Source: a virus
Taxonomy: Duplodnaviria > Caudoviricetes
DNA length: 32,979 nt
Virus record (IMG/VR): IMGVR_UViG_3300009678_000372
Coordinates: 1-32,979 of that record
Strand: one strand, 5' to 3'
Shown here one piece after another: positions 23,832 to 32,979 of this stretch (positions are counted from its first letter, which is position 1; every line of letters starts with the position of its first letter). The notes under the pieces are model-generated. The model worked only from the letters and a program-made list of their open reading frames with translations. It was not told the origin of the DNA and searched no databases. Both the position numbers and the translations under genes were made by a program.

Positions 23832-25141
23832 TATAGTGTCGGTACGAATACTGCGATACACTCACCTGCTGCGAAGATCAACTGTGTCTCGTCCATGTTT
23901 CCATCAGTTAGTGGAGTCCAATATCCCTCTGGTGCAGTATCAACTGGTGGTGGTACAGTTGCAGAAATAGTCCTCTTACCAGCTACGGAATCATCGAATA
24001 TGATGTTCTCACCCGCGAGTAGTTGAACTGAATTCGGAAGTACTAATCTATCATCGAATTTCGTATGAATTGATGCTTTAGAAGTCCTATCTTCTATAGC
24101 TGTAGCTATCCTAGAACCTGCTTCCTTGACCTGTTCTATCCTTCTTGCAGTAACTGACTGACCTTGTGTCAATCTATCTATCATTGTCGCAACTACTTGA
24201 GACAATGCATTATCCGTCTGTTTTGACTGTGCTAGAGGAATCTTCAGATCTGCAAATTCAGGGTATTTTCCTGCTAATTTGATCTCTTGCGCGACTTCAG
24301 CTACAGCAGGTATAGCCGGTCCTACAATAGCCCCTCCCGCCACGATATCTACAGGAACAGGGAATGATGGACATGTAGCTACTACGTCCATCACCTTGAC
24401 TAGATTACCTGCTCCTTCACCTGTAGTAGTCGAATGACATGTGGCTAGTTTACCCGCGTATCCTATCGCATCATGGTGGAAAAATGTCCCATCAGCAGAG
24501 ATTAGGTGATATACAGTTGGATTGATAGCTAAATGCGCGATCAAGCCTATTCCGGGGAGATCGTACACGATCCACAGTGTACTACCTACCTTAGCTATCT
24601 TAGCGTATTGGGCACCCGGAATGTATGCGCACGATGTACCCCAAAATCCTAGTACTCCCAGTCCTTCATTCCATACCCCCTGACCCCATTTGAGTAGATG
24701 CATCCCATATCTATTGGGTAGCTCTACCTGCATTCCTTTGTACTGGACTATTGTGGGTGATAGATCAGAGGATCTTACTGCGATGTATGCGATGGCTCCA
24801 TCAGGGCTGTTGCATCCACGCGCATCCGTAATAACCCTATTTAGACCTCCTAAAGCTAGTACTTTAGCTCCAAATAGACCCGGTGTAGCTCCCCAAGCTA
24901 GATATGTTCCACAGCATCCAGCCGACAATTCATTAATCTGACCACCTAGTATCGTGGTAACATTGGAAGCTACGTGAGTCTTGGCTAGAATGTCACCTAC
25001 TTGATGTAGAATATGAGCACTATCCAACCATACTGTAGGACTTCCACTAACTCCAGATCCTTTAGACACACCATCAACGGAAGGTTGTGTACCAGCAACC
25101 CCCATTACAGCCTGTCCAGTGACCGGATTGAATCTTGGCAC
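23831..25141 (-). CDS. Tail-associated protein (beta-rich N-terminus, coiled-coil C-terminal part)
   Basis: 436-aa coupled ORF between the nozzle-like genes and the fibre. Confidence 0.6.
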   Translation of the reverse strand: MPRFNPVTGQAVMGVAGTQPSVDGVSKGSGVSGSPTVWLDSAHILHQVGDILAKTHVASNVTTILGGQINELSAGCCGTYLAWGATPGLFGAKVLALGGLNRVITDARGCNSPDGAIAYIAVRSSDLSPTIVQYKGMQVELPNRYGMHLLKWGQGVWNEGLGVLGFWGTSCAYIPGAQYAKIAKVGSTLWIVYDLPGIGLIAHLAINPTVYHLISADGTFFHHDAIGYAGKLATCHSTTTGEGAGNLVKVMDVVATCPSFPVPVDIVAGGAIVGPAIPAVAEVAQEIKLAGKYPEFADLKIPLAQSKQTDNALSQVVATMIDRLTQGQSVTARRIEQVKEAGSRIATAIEDRTSKASIHTKFDDRLVLPNSVQLLAGENIIFDDSVAGKRTISATVPPPVDTAPEGYWTPLTDGNMDETQLIFAAGECIAVFVPTL

Positions 25142-25449
25142 TAGTTCCCCGGATAGGAGGTGAACTTTTCCTTCATAAATACGACGATACGATTGATTCT
25201 GAAGTATTCGTCTATCTCAGTAGTCTGAATCTGGAAGAATGCGCGTGTCTCCATGAAATTGACTATTCTAGTCATAAGCATTCGGTTTATAGCCTGTAAA
25301 ACGAATGGAACTAGAGTCTTACTTCTCACACCAAGACATCCAACACTCATCTTCAGATTTCCAGTTCCAACTACTCGAATGCGTATGGCAGCAAAATGCG
25401 ATATATTGTCGCCTGAACTACCTTCTGATATAGCCGCCCCTTTAGGCAT
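25141..25449 (-). CDS. Small tail protein resembling the C-terminal beta-sandwich of tail nozzle proteins
   Basis: HFAAIRIRVVGTGNL...FRINRIVVFMK; GGGAGAG RBS. Confidence 0.55.
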   Translation of the reverse strand: MPKGAAISEGSSGDNISHFAAIRIRVVGTGNLKMSVGCLGVRSKTLVPFVLQAINRMLMTRIVNFMETRAFFQIQTTEIDEYFRINRIVVFMKEKFTSYPGN

Positions 25450-25450
25450 G

Positions 25451-26836
25451 TCACTCTCCCAATAATGCCGTTTCTATCGTTGGATTAGGTATTTTCTTCT
25501 CTACATCAGGATAATAGCTATCATGTCTCTGCGCCTTAGTAGGATTGATATAGTAGAGTCCCCCATCTGTAGGATCAGGTTCTCCACCACCTCCAGCTGG
25601 AAATAACGTAAACATTGGACATGATGATGCAGGTCCAAATGAATTATTGTTTTTACCTGCATTCTGATTACTGAAGAAGTTATCAAAAGTAGCCGAAGTA
25701 TCAAATACTCCAGTACTTAGATTCAAGTTTCCTAATTTAGATCGTGAAGCATCAAATTCAAGAAATATCCAAGCCTTTACATGAGTTGATAATGTGGTAT
25801 TGGCATAAGATAAATGATCTATTGTTTCCGGACTAATGAACGGAATAGTATGAAGTAATACTCCAGCTGAACTTAGATGTATAAGAGCACAATTACTAGT
25901 CGAAAAATCATTCCACCACGTAACCAATGAACCATCAGGAAGTACAATTATCTCACCCGGATTGCTATCATAGGTATTTGCAACAATATCTTCAGGAGCA
26001 AAACCTGGAATAGTGTAAAGAACTGAAGAAGTATCGGTAGCTATGATATATTTCCGAATTATTCCATCATCAGGAATTGAAAAATATGCTATGGTCCCAT
26101 CTGAATTTACACCAAATGGTCCTACACCATCAGCAGCAATCTCAGCTATAGTTGTGACTAACGTGCAAACTCCAGCAGTTGTAACTTTCCATAACTGACC
26201 TGTAGACTGATTGACTGCATAAAAATCCGTATTACTATGAGAAATACGTGGAAATCCTGTAAATGGAGTAGTTGGAATAATCTTCTGATTGAACGTTAAA
26301 TCAGGATTAAGTAAGACTAGTGCATTAGAAGTTCCATGTTTTCCATATCTATCATGTATTAACACATAACCATTAGATAATGCAGCACCAATTTCACTAG
26401 CAGGAACAGCAGTAGCAATAGTTGGAATATTTCCATCAGATTCTACTATAACACCACCATAATTATCACCACTATCATCTGGAATTAGAACTGATCCTTC
26501 CTCAAACGTACTATTTAATGGTCTAGTATCAGCTTGATATGTAAAATCACCCGGCACTACACCAACAGGAAACATATCAAGTTTTATGTAATAAGTTCCT
26601 GCTGTCAGTTTCCACCAAAACCAATCTCTTACTATAAATCTAACAAGTCGAGTAGTTCCATCACTTGCATAAATATTACAAAATTCAATATTAGTGAAAG
26701 CAACTTGACTAAATGCTACATCCGTAGCAGTAATGAATCTAAACCAAAATTCATTGGCTACATCGAATTCAACCTTAGTAACTACTCGGCTGAATGGAAT
26801 CGTAGTAATATCTACGAATGAACTAGGAGGCGGCAT
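25451..26836 (-). CDS. AT-rich beta-propeller-like virion protein
   Basis: Blade-like repeats (FYAVNQSTGQLWKV, GVNSDGTIAYF, IVLPDGSLV); visibly lower GC than its flanks. Confidence 0.65.
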   Translation of the reverse strand: MPPPSSFVDITTIPFSRVVTKVEFDVANEFWFRFITATDVAFSQVAFTNIEFCNIYASDGTTRLVRFIVRDWFWWKLTAGTYYIKLDMFPVGVVPGDFTYQADTRPLNSTFEEGSVLIPDDSGDNYGGVIVESDGNIPTIATAVPASEIGAALSNGYVLIHDRYGKHGTSNALVLLNPDLTFNQKIIPTTPFTGFPRISHSNTDFYAVNQSTGQLWKVTTAGVCTLVTTIAEIAADGVGPFGVNSDGTIAYFSIPDDGIIRKYIIATDTSSVLYTIPGFAPEDIVANTYDSNPGEIIVLPDGSLVTWWNDFSTSNCALIHLSSAGVLLHTIPFISPETIDHLSYANTTLSTHVKAWIFLEFDASRSKLGNLNLSTGVFDTSATFDNFFSNQNAGKNNNSFGPASSCPMFTLFPAGGGGEPDPTDGGLYYINPTKAQRHDSYYPDVEKKIPNPTIETALLGE

Positions 26837-28395
26837 TACTCAATGGTCCCAATAATCAGTTTAGTCGTTTCTATCATGCAAATAGAGGATATCTTTGCAT
26901 CAAATACCCATCTAGCCCACCTGATATTCTTTGCATCCATACCATTCCCATAATCAGCATGTATCAGATGGTGCCGCCACGGTGGAGGGAGAGTTATCCA
27001 AATTTTCTTACTCAGTGAATCATTAACTACCTGAATATATCTAAATTCATCTCTTTCTAGAGTCCTCATCCAGAAATCTTCGATTTTCCATGATAATTCA
27101 GGTCTGGAGTATGTTCCGTTGAACAACATAAAACCTGACCAGTCTATAATCAATAGAAAATCAATATTTACTCCTCCTGAATCGAGCACCATAGCTACTC
27201 CGTGTACGGGTGCTCCAACTCCTTGATCCAATACTTCCTCTTGCCAAGTAGAAGGCTCATCATTATTATCAGAGTATGCAAAAGTACGCGATGCCTTGAA
27301 TAAGTAGAGAATGTCTCTAAACTCTTGACAATTTGTGAGTGCATTTCCATCTAAAGGTGCAATTAAGAGTCCATCTACCTTCGATATCGCCTCTGGTTCA
27401 CCGGGATACGACACACGCGCTAGACTCCGATTATCAGTGATTCCATCTGGTAAGTCTTGTAGAGTCTCATTCGTTCCATATTCACCTACAATCACCAATC
27501 TGCTGTGGTAGGTGGTGAGATTGACTCCTGAAGGTATCTCCGTGAAGTTGTCAAGGAGATGTGATGCGTCGGATAGTAAGTCCGCGTCGAAATACTCAAC
27601 GGTTTTCGTTGTATCCGTATTATTGTTGATATTACCTTCGGGGATGAAGAAAAATTGGTACCCTTCCTGATTGTTATTGTACTCGGGTATCCATTTAGTC
27701 GATACCAAATGTCGCTTTTTGACGTATGCATTTGGAGATACCGGGATATTGCTTACATCTACCTTATTAGTGCCTGTGAACTCTAATCCTGCAAATATCT
27801 CCGGTCCCAACGCAGTCAAATAGCCTGTATCAGTCTCGTATACGACTGCGATAAGATGGAATCCGAAGTCCATCTTACCTTCTGTAGCTGAATTTGCAGC
27901 TACTAGTGCTGATCCTGTAGGTCCGGGTCCAGCAGCCTTACGTGCAGGAGTTCCATCTCCTTTGTATACATACAGGAACTCATTCATTATGCCTAGTTCA
28001 TAATGCCGTCCGTTTACATCTAGATAACTCTTAAATGGAGTGATGTATGCACGTCCGTTGATCGCTACGAACCCAAAATCCTCCATCGCAGGAATGGTTA
28101 GAATGGGTCCGTGAACTGTAGATGGATGAATCAGATGATAAATCTTTCCTCCTGTAGTTAATACAAGGAGAGATTGACCAGATTGCATAACATAGTTATA
28201 AATCCGTAGAATCTGATTTAATGGTAATCCTACCTGATACTTGTCTAGTGGATCACGAGTTTCTACACCTGAATGGAAGTATTGGACATTAAGCGCAGTT
28301 GTAAAATGATCAGCAGGGCAAGATTCCACATCTCCCCTTTCCCACCAACCATTAAATTCTTCAATCACGAATGAATCGTGATCTCTCAGCGCCAT
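26836..28395 (-). CDS. Tail nozzle / DNA stabilisation protein (P22 gp10 / T7 gp12-like)
   Basis: IEEFNGW start, YHSRLVIVG, SYPGEPE, FRDILYLFK propeller motifs; follows an adaptor-like gene. Confidence 0.68.
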   Translation of the reverse strand: MALRDHDSFVIEEFNGWWERGDVESCPADHFTTALNVQYFHSGVETRDPLDKYQVGLPLNQILRIYNYVMQSGQSLLVLTTGGKIYHLIHPSTVHGPILTIPAMEDFGFVAINGRAYITPFKSYLDVNGRHYELGIMNEFLYVYKGDGTPARKAAGPGPTGSALVAANSATEGKMDFGFHLIAVVYETDTGYLTALGPEIFAGLEFTGTNKVDVSNIPVSPNAYVKKRHLVSTKWIPEYNNNQEGYQFFFIPEGNINNNTDTTKTVEYFDADLLSDASHLLDNFTEIPSGVNLTTYHSRLVIVGEYGTNETLQDLPDGITDNRSLARVSYPGEPEAISKVDGLLIAPLDGNALTNCQEFRDILYLFKASRTFAYSDNNDEPSTWQEEVLDQGVGAPVHGVAMVLDSGGVNIDFLLIIDWSGFMLFNGTYSRPELSWKIEDFWMRTLERDEFRYIQVVNDSLSKKIWITLPPPWRHHLIHADYGNGMDAKNIRWARWVFDAKISSICMIETTKLIIGTIE

Positions 28396-28397
28396 GA

Positions 28398-29099
28398 TTA
28401 GAATCCGCCCCTAGACTTGTACGATGCACGGAATGGACGATGACGAGTCATAAACTGCTGTCGTCCTTTATTATTAATGCCAATAATCCTGTCCAGAGAA
28501 CGCTCTGCTTGCATCTCAAGTACTTGTGCTCTAGGAGTATCTTCGCCAATGTAAAGCGCACACAATGCAGCAGTTTTGTATGTGAGATATGAACGCGCAT
28601 TGATCGTTCCTATGATCGAAGTTTCATTAGCCGCTGGTAGAATAGCCTGACTTACATACTTCAACTGAACTTCTCGTGGACTAGATGCACCATTAGGATT
28701 GAATTTGATGATCTGTTCTTCCCAACACCAAAACATGAGAGACTTACTCTGTGGAAACTCCTGTAGAAACTCTCTCCTACCTAATGGAAGGAACTGATCC
28801 GATGATCCCTCTCCTCTCTCACTTACTTCCTGAATCTCTACTAGATTGATAGGATAGTGTGGAGTCTCCGCATGTTCTAGTGGAGTAATCTTATTCTTCC
28901 CCAATCCTACCGAAATGACAATAGACGTAGCATTAGTGGGAGAGGAATTGGATGACTCCAACTCCTCCACCAGTTCATCTATCGCCATATTCAGATAGAC
29001 TAATTGAGCTACGTAGGTATAGTCAGTTTTAGCAGGATCATTCATTAACGCTGCCGAACGATCCATTACTTCACCAGCCGTTAATGAAGTCGTAGACAT
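28398..29099 (-). CDS. Head-tail adaptor (tail tubular protein A-like)
   Basis: TAGEVMDRSAALMND...YLNMAIDEL N-terminus and YLTYKTAA C-terminal helix; position upstream of the nozzle. Confidence 0.65.
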   Translation of the reverse strand: MSTTSLTAGEVMDRSAALMNDPAKTDYTYVAQLVYLNMAIDELVEELESSNSSPTNATSIVISVGLGKNKITPLEHAETPHYPINLVEIQEVSERGEGSSDQFLPLGRREFLQEFPQSKSLMFWCWEEQIIKFNPNGASSPREVQLKYVSQAILPAANETSIIGTINARSYLTYKTAALCALYIGEDTPRAQVLEMQAERSLDRIIGINNKGRQQFMTRHRPFRASYKSRGGF

Positions 29100-29105
29100 G
29101 ATCCT

Positions 29106-29411
29106 CTAGCCCTTCTTTGCGCGATACTGATTCAACAGTACCCAGTATTCATGGGTGATTGGAATATTGGATTCTGCTCCGCCGAAGTCTCCAAGAATCT
29201 TCTGAATCTTCTCCAGAGCTTCCTTCTTTTCCTTCTCCTCTGCTTCTTCTTCTTCCTGTCTACGTTTCTTATCAGCAGGAAGCTGTTCCGCATGTGGTCT
29301 ACGTGGATCACCCGGATGTGGCTCAGGATGTGGCCTATCCGTATCAGATTTTGGTAGATCCTGATTCGGTTTCGGTGGTTCTACTGGCTTAGTCTCTGGT
29401 CTGTCTGCCAT
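29106..29411 (-). CDS. Hypothetical protein, Pro-rich N-terminus and charged helix
   Basis: GGAGG RBS; 101 aa. Confidence 0.7.
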   Translation of the reverse strand: MADRPETKPVEPPKPNQDLPKSDTDRPHPEPHPGDPRRPHAEQLPADKKRRQEEEEAEEKEKKEALEKIQKILGDFGGAESNIPITHEYWVLLNQYRAKKG

Positions 29412-29419
29412 TCTTCCTC

Positions 29420-29644
29420 CTACGTTACAGTAAAGGTGAAGTTTCCACCAGAAATGGCGACTACTACACCAGTTACAGTCGATAGATCAATCTCTTTCAC
29501 GTTGTCGCCTGCACCCTGTTCAGTATGAATGAACAGTCTTTTGTCATTAAGCTGAAAATCAACTTGTGTGACATTCGCGATTGGAGCCGCCGTGAGAGTT
29601 CTGTCTGGTCCCGTCTTACCTGTCACTGTAACCTGATGTGGCAT
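29420..29644 (-). CDS. Small beta-rich virion-arm protein
   Basis: AAGGAG RBS; 74 aa. Confidence 0.72.
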   Translation of the reverse strand: MPHQVTVTGKTGPDRTLTAAPIANVTQVDFQLNDKRLFIHTEQGAGDNVKEIDLSTVTGVVVAISGGNFTFTVT

Positions 29645-29655
29645 CTTCTCTCCTT

Positions 29656-30348
29656 TTACTGAGCGAATACGATGTTTAGTTCCTTAGCTTTCACTGGATC
29701 TGCGATAGCCTTACATACTGCACAAACTGGGAATTGTGGATTTCTAAGATTTCCACATGCGATGCAACGTACCAATTCAGCAGTCTGTAGATCACCTAAC
29801 CACGGTTTCTGAGTAATATTCAGTTCTCTACATGCGATACGCGCATCTTCAGAGATAGCCAGTGGATTTCCATTACTTCTACTCCACAGAATATCCGCTA
29901 TCCGCACTAATTCGAGGAACCATCTCTTTTGATTAGCTGCTGCCTTCTTCAGTAATGGCTCATGCTCAGCTTTGAGCTTTGCAACAGTAAATTCACCGGG
30001 TAGATAGAACAATCCCGGCATAAGATCAGCCATATTGCACGCGAGTAGTCCATTACAGTAGTCACGGACGATAGAATCAGCTATCTGGATCGAACTCACA
30101 GGAATTTCGAGTAGTGGCTGATCTATGTCCACTTCTCTCCACCAACTTGATGCTCCGACTACTAAAATTGCAGGATTTTCTAAACTTCCCTTCTTTAGCT
30201 CGAAGATTCCCGGTTGGATAGTAGCCTTACGTTCCATGATTACCTTTGGAAGTATGGAAACTACCGTGGATTTATCCATTGGATTGACTGGTGCGCGTAC
30301 AGTCCTACGATTTGCTTGCGCCATACCCGGAAATTCACCTACCTGCAT
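29656..30348 (-). CDS. Hypothetical protein with C-terminal zinc ribbon
   Basis: CIACG...CAVCK; AAGGAG RBS. Confidence 0.78.
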   Translation of the reverse strand: MQVGEFPGMAQANRRTVRAPVNPMDKSTVVSILPKVIMERKATIQPGIFELKKGSLENPAILVVGASSWWREVDIDQPLLEIPVSSIQIADSIVRDYCNGLLACNMADLMPGLFYLPGEFTVAKLKAEHEPLLKKAAANQKRWFLELVRIADILWSRSNGNPLAISEDARIACRELNITQKPWLGDLQTAELVRCIACGNLRNPQFPVCAVCKAIADPVKAKELNIVFAQ

Positions 30349-30350
30349 CT

Positions 30351-30896
30351 CTAACTCTCCTTCTTTTTGTTGCTATTGTAATTTGATGGAACAACAATGC
30401 CCTCTTTATACGTAAGAGCATCCGTAACCTCTGTCTCATTGCCGAACAATTCTTCATGCAACTTGCTAATTCTCTGTTCTCTGTTTTGTGCCGCTTCCGG
30501 TTCGACATACTTCGCCATACTTTTCTTACCTAGAGCCGCGTACAATGTATCTACGATGAATTTTGTGCTCTCCCACGTAGGTGGAATAGCTTCATTACGA
30601 TCATTACGATACGCCCAAACTGGTTCATACGATAGGATACTAGTCGGGAGTTCACTTCGATTAATCTCAGGAACTACTACCAGACGTTCTAGTACCCAAA
30701 AATCTCTTAGATACGAGTATTTCCTAACTTCCCGAACTATAGGATACAGGAGTCGGATACCACTATCCAACTCCTGCACCAATCGTTTCTCTAGTTGATC
30801 GTTAGCCCATACTATTCTGAATATGGATCGGCCTGTGGATGAGTCCAATCCATATTCATCTGTGAGCTGCCGGTTTAGAGATTCGATCTTTTCCAT
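30351..30896 (-). CDS. Hypothetical phage protein
   Basis: 181-aa ORF, TAATG-coupled. Confidence 0.75.
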   Translation of the reverse strand: MEKIESLNRQLTDEYGLDSSTGRSIFRIVWANDQLEKRLVQELDSGIRLLYPIVREVRKYSYLRDFWVLERLVVVPEINRSELPTSILSYEPVWAYRNDRNEAIPPTWESTKFIVDTLYAALGKKSMAKYVEPEAAQNREQRISKLHEELFGNETEVTDALTYKEGIVVPSNYNSNKKKES

Positions 30897-31189
30897 TACA
30901 CGCCTGAGTTAATCACCCACTTAGCAAGTGATTTGACGTACACCAACCATACGGCTCTATTCTGGGCGGCTGCAATACCTACCAGAATATTACCGCTGGT
31001 TCCTAGAGTGATAGCACCCGCGGTTGGAATCAATACGACAAATCCACTGAACATTCCGCCACCGAAATTAGGATTGATCGTATTGATCTGTGTACTACCA
31101 GTGACCAAGACAATATCGCTCTTGGCATTGATCGTAGCTGCTGATGCTACAGTCGATTCCGACAGCTTTGACGTAGTACCTGGAAACAT
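30896..31189 (-). CDS. Probable capsid decoration/cement protein (paralog 2)
   Basis: VASAATI...VTGSTQINTI...GNIL; GGAGG RBS; downstream of the capsid gene. Confidence 0.6.
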   Translation of the reverse strand: MFPGTTSKLSESTVASAATINAKSDIVLVTGSTQINTINPNFGGGMFSGFVVLIPTAGAITLGTSGNILVGIAAAQNRAVWLVYVKSLAKWVINSGV

Positions 31190-31198
31190 TCTTCCCTC

Positions 31199-31504
31199 CT
31201 AAGCGTTATCGCCAACAGGAACGTACTTCTGTGTATTCGGATTGAATACGAACAGAATAACCATACCGGCGATAGATGCTTTCGCAGTAAGGATGTTACC
31301 CGCCGCAGTTACACCAGCTACTCCAGCAAACTGAAGTGCGAGCATGTGCGCGTGTGTTACCGGAGGAGTGATAGTCACTACAGCGGTATTACCTGTAAGA
31401 ACCGTCAGGAACGTAGACGGTGCGATAGTAGCTGCACTAGCTAACGTGGCAGGTGATCCTGTATAGGGACTCAATACTGCCCAATCTGATGCTACGATAG
31501 GCAT
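31199..31504 (-). CDS. Probable capsid decoration/cement protein (paralog 1)
   Basis: LASAATI...LTGNTAVVTI...GNIL; AGGAGG RBS; directly after the capsid gene. Confidence 0.6.
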   Translation of the reverse strand: MPIVASDWAVLSPYTGSPATLASAATIAPSTFLTVLTGNTAVVTITPPVTHAHMLALQFAGVAGVTAAGNILTAKASIAGMVILFVFNPNTQKYVPVGDNA

Positions 31505-31513
31505 TATATCCTC

Positions 31514-32764
31514 CTAGTAACCGACAGGTACTGCCAAGTTGTCAATGTAACTACACGCGGCAGGATTGCTCACGTAAGTCTGCATTCCAACTACCATGTA
31601 GAAGATTTCCGCCGCAGCTACGCCACCTGACGCACCACGGATCTCAAAAATCTTACGTCCATCAGTTGTGTAGAAACCAATGGGAAGGATCTCTGCACGG
31701 CCCCATACTTCGTCTACTACGAAGTCAATACGAGTCTTATCCCACGAGAAGTGTGGTTTAGTACTCGCACCGGCCAACTGCATGTTGCTACCGAAATACA
31801 GATTCAACCCTTCTTCCTTAGTTGTTTTCTGTATGACAGATACCAACTGACCAATCTCCTCATACGCCTGAATCTGACATGGATGCAACCATGCAGTAGG
31901 ATTGAACTCTTTTTCAGTTCCAAGCCTATTGCCGATCTTATTCATAGCCAGTCTGGGTAGAGGCAGAGTCAATCCAGCAGAACCTGCATTGACCCTATTA
32001 GCACGAATCTCTGGCGTAGTGCTGCGAGAAAATCCGAGCCATGTTCCAGCAGATGCATTGGAATGATGATACGGCACACCAAACAACGCTGGTAGAGATG
32101 CTGGCGCAGAAAGACCGTCTGTTACGATCTTATCACCTGCGATTACACCAGCTACCTGCGGCGTAAGAGTTACCGTCTTATTCTCTACATCATATCCACT
32201 GATAGTTCCCTTGCCCTTGAGAGTAGCAAGAGTCGTATCATACACCTGTACCGTCTGACCAAACCTCATCAGACGTACACCGAATCCATCTGTCGTGAAT
32301 GTCAGGACGTTAGATCCACCAGCGGGTGTATCAGTCGTTACTACACCGATTACGCCGTCACCTGTCTGCATCATCTGAGAATCGAGCTGACGCCTCATCT
32401 CATCCAATGCTGTAGCAGTTAGACGACGGACAGAGTTGATGATGGCTTTGCGCGCATCATCAGTAGCCCACTGTGTCAACTTGGTGTACTCAATGTTCTC
32501 ACTCAAGAACACACAGTTGAGTACTGCCTTATCGAACGTGGGACCACCACCACGACCCAGATCGCCACCATCTGGATTAAAGTACTGGAAACTACCACCC
32601 GGACGTAGTTCCAGCGGTACACGCATCTGACGATGAGAGATTTTTTCTACGTCACGTTTCTTAATGTGAGCGTAGAATTTATCCTCTCTCTCGAACAGCA
32701 CACGGACTTTTGGAATTACCTTTTCCAGTTCCGTTGCTGCTACTTGAGCCTCAACTACTGCCAT
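31514..32764 (-). CDS. Major capsid protein (HK97 fold likely)
   Basis: 416 aa; GGGGAG RBS. ALDEMRRQLDSQMMQTGDG backbone-helix pattern and C-terminal YVSNPAACSYIDNL. Heads the virion operon after a scaffold-like gene. Confidence 0.82.
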   Translation of the reverse strand: MAVVEAQVAATELEKVIPKVRVLFEREDKFYAHIKKRDVEKISHRQMRVPLELRPGGSFQYFNPDGGDLGRGGGPTFDKAVLNCVFLSENIEYTKLTQWATDDARKAIINSVRRLTATALDEMRRQLDSQMMQTGDGVIGVVTTDTPAGGSNVLTFTTDGFGVRLMRFGQTVQVYDTTLATLKGKGTISGYDVENKTVTLTPQVAGVIAGDKIVTDGLSAPASLPALFGVPYHHSNASAGTWLGFSRSTTPEIRANRVNAGSAGLTLPLPRLAMNKIGNRLGTEKEFNPTAWLHPCQIQAYEEIGQLVSVIQKTTKEEGLNLYFGSNMQLAGASTKPHFSWDKTRIDFVVDEVWGRAEILPIGFYTTDGRKIFEIRGASGGVAAAEIFYMVVGMQTYVSNPAACSYIDNLAVPVGY

Positions 32765-32779
32765 TCATTTTCTCCCCTG

Positions 32780-32979
32780 CTAATCTTTCATTAGCACGTC
32801 TAGTGTAGACATACCTCTTGGTATATCTTTTGCGGTTTTGAAATTACCTTTTCCACTAGATGGGGAAGTGGATCTCCCAGGAGTAATTGGACCTCGCTTA
32901 CGCTCGGTCGTGTCGATTTCTTCCTCGCCATTAGAACGACTACCTAATCCTCTCAAGGCTTCATTACGTGCCTTTTTTA
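32780..32979 (-). CDS. C-terminus of a probable scaffolding protein (truncated by the window edge)
   Basis: Open frame KKARNEALRGLG...DIPRGMSTLDVLMKD* immediately upstream of the capsid gene. Function inferred from position only. Confidence 0.55.
   Translation of the reverse strand, partial: KKARNEALRGLGSRSNGEEEIDTTERKRGPITPGRSTSPSSGKGNFKTAKDIPRGMSTLDVLMKD

Larger units (their letters stand above)
1..32979. mobile_element. Tailed bacteriophage genome segment (probably podovirus-like)
   Basis: Dense, translationally coupled ORFs (TAATG/ATGA overlaps). A replication arm on + converges on a capsid/tail/ejection arm on -. No host housekeeping genes are present. Confidence 0.96.

Noticed and set aside
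24890-25320. Apparent abundance of CTAG, usually rare in bacteria
   Set aside because: This is an impression from local reading only; it cannot be supported without genome-wide tetranucleotide counts.
1-32979. Stop-codon reassignment
   Set aside because: TAA, TAG and TGA all end genes at coupled junctions, and long ORFs are intact under code 11.

Overview
This window is a 33 kb piece of a tailed dsDNA bacteriophage genome, probably podovirus-like: it has ejection-type proteins and tail adaptor/nozzle-like genes, and no tape-measure or sheath gene is visible. It reads in the standard genetic code and has two convergent, tightly coupled arms that meet near 11.55 kb. The + arm (1-11545) is the early/replication region. 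It holds an SNF2 helicase C-terminus, many tiny Zn-finger and membrane ORFs, an RHH regulator, a Cas4/AddB-like nuclease, a Sak4-like ATPase, a DUF669-like SSB, a hyper-acidic peptide, a cold-shock-domain protein, a uracil-DNA-glycosylase/exonuclease/PolA fusion with an unusual O-helix, a DUF3987-like ATPase and a RanBP2-type Zn finger. A complete PEP-CTERM (exosortase-target) surface protein gene sits inside this recombination module. The - arm (11591-32979) is the virion region: probable scaffold end, major capsid, paired decoration-like proteins, tail adaptor and nozzle, several fibres/spikes and three probable ejection proteins, one of 1785 aa. Two hairpin-rich intergenic regions are candidate structured RNAs. 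I saw no tRNA, CRISPR array, integrase, primase, terminase or lysis gene. All family calls come from motif recognition by eye, not from database searches.
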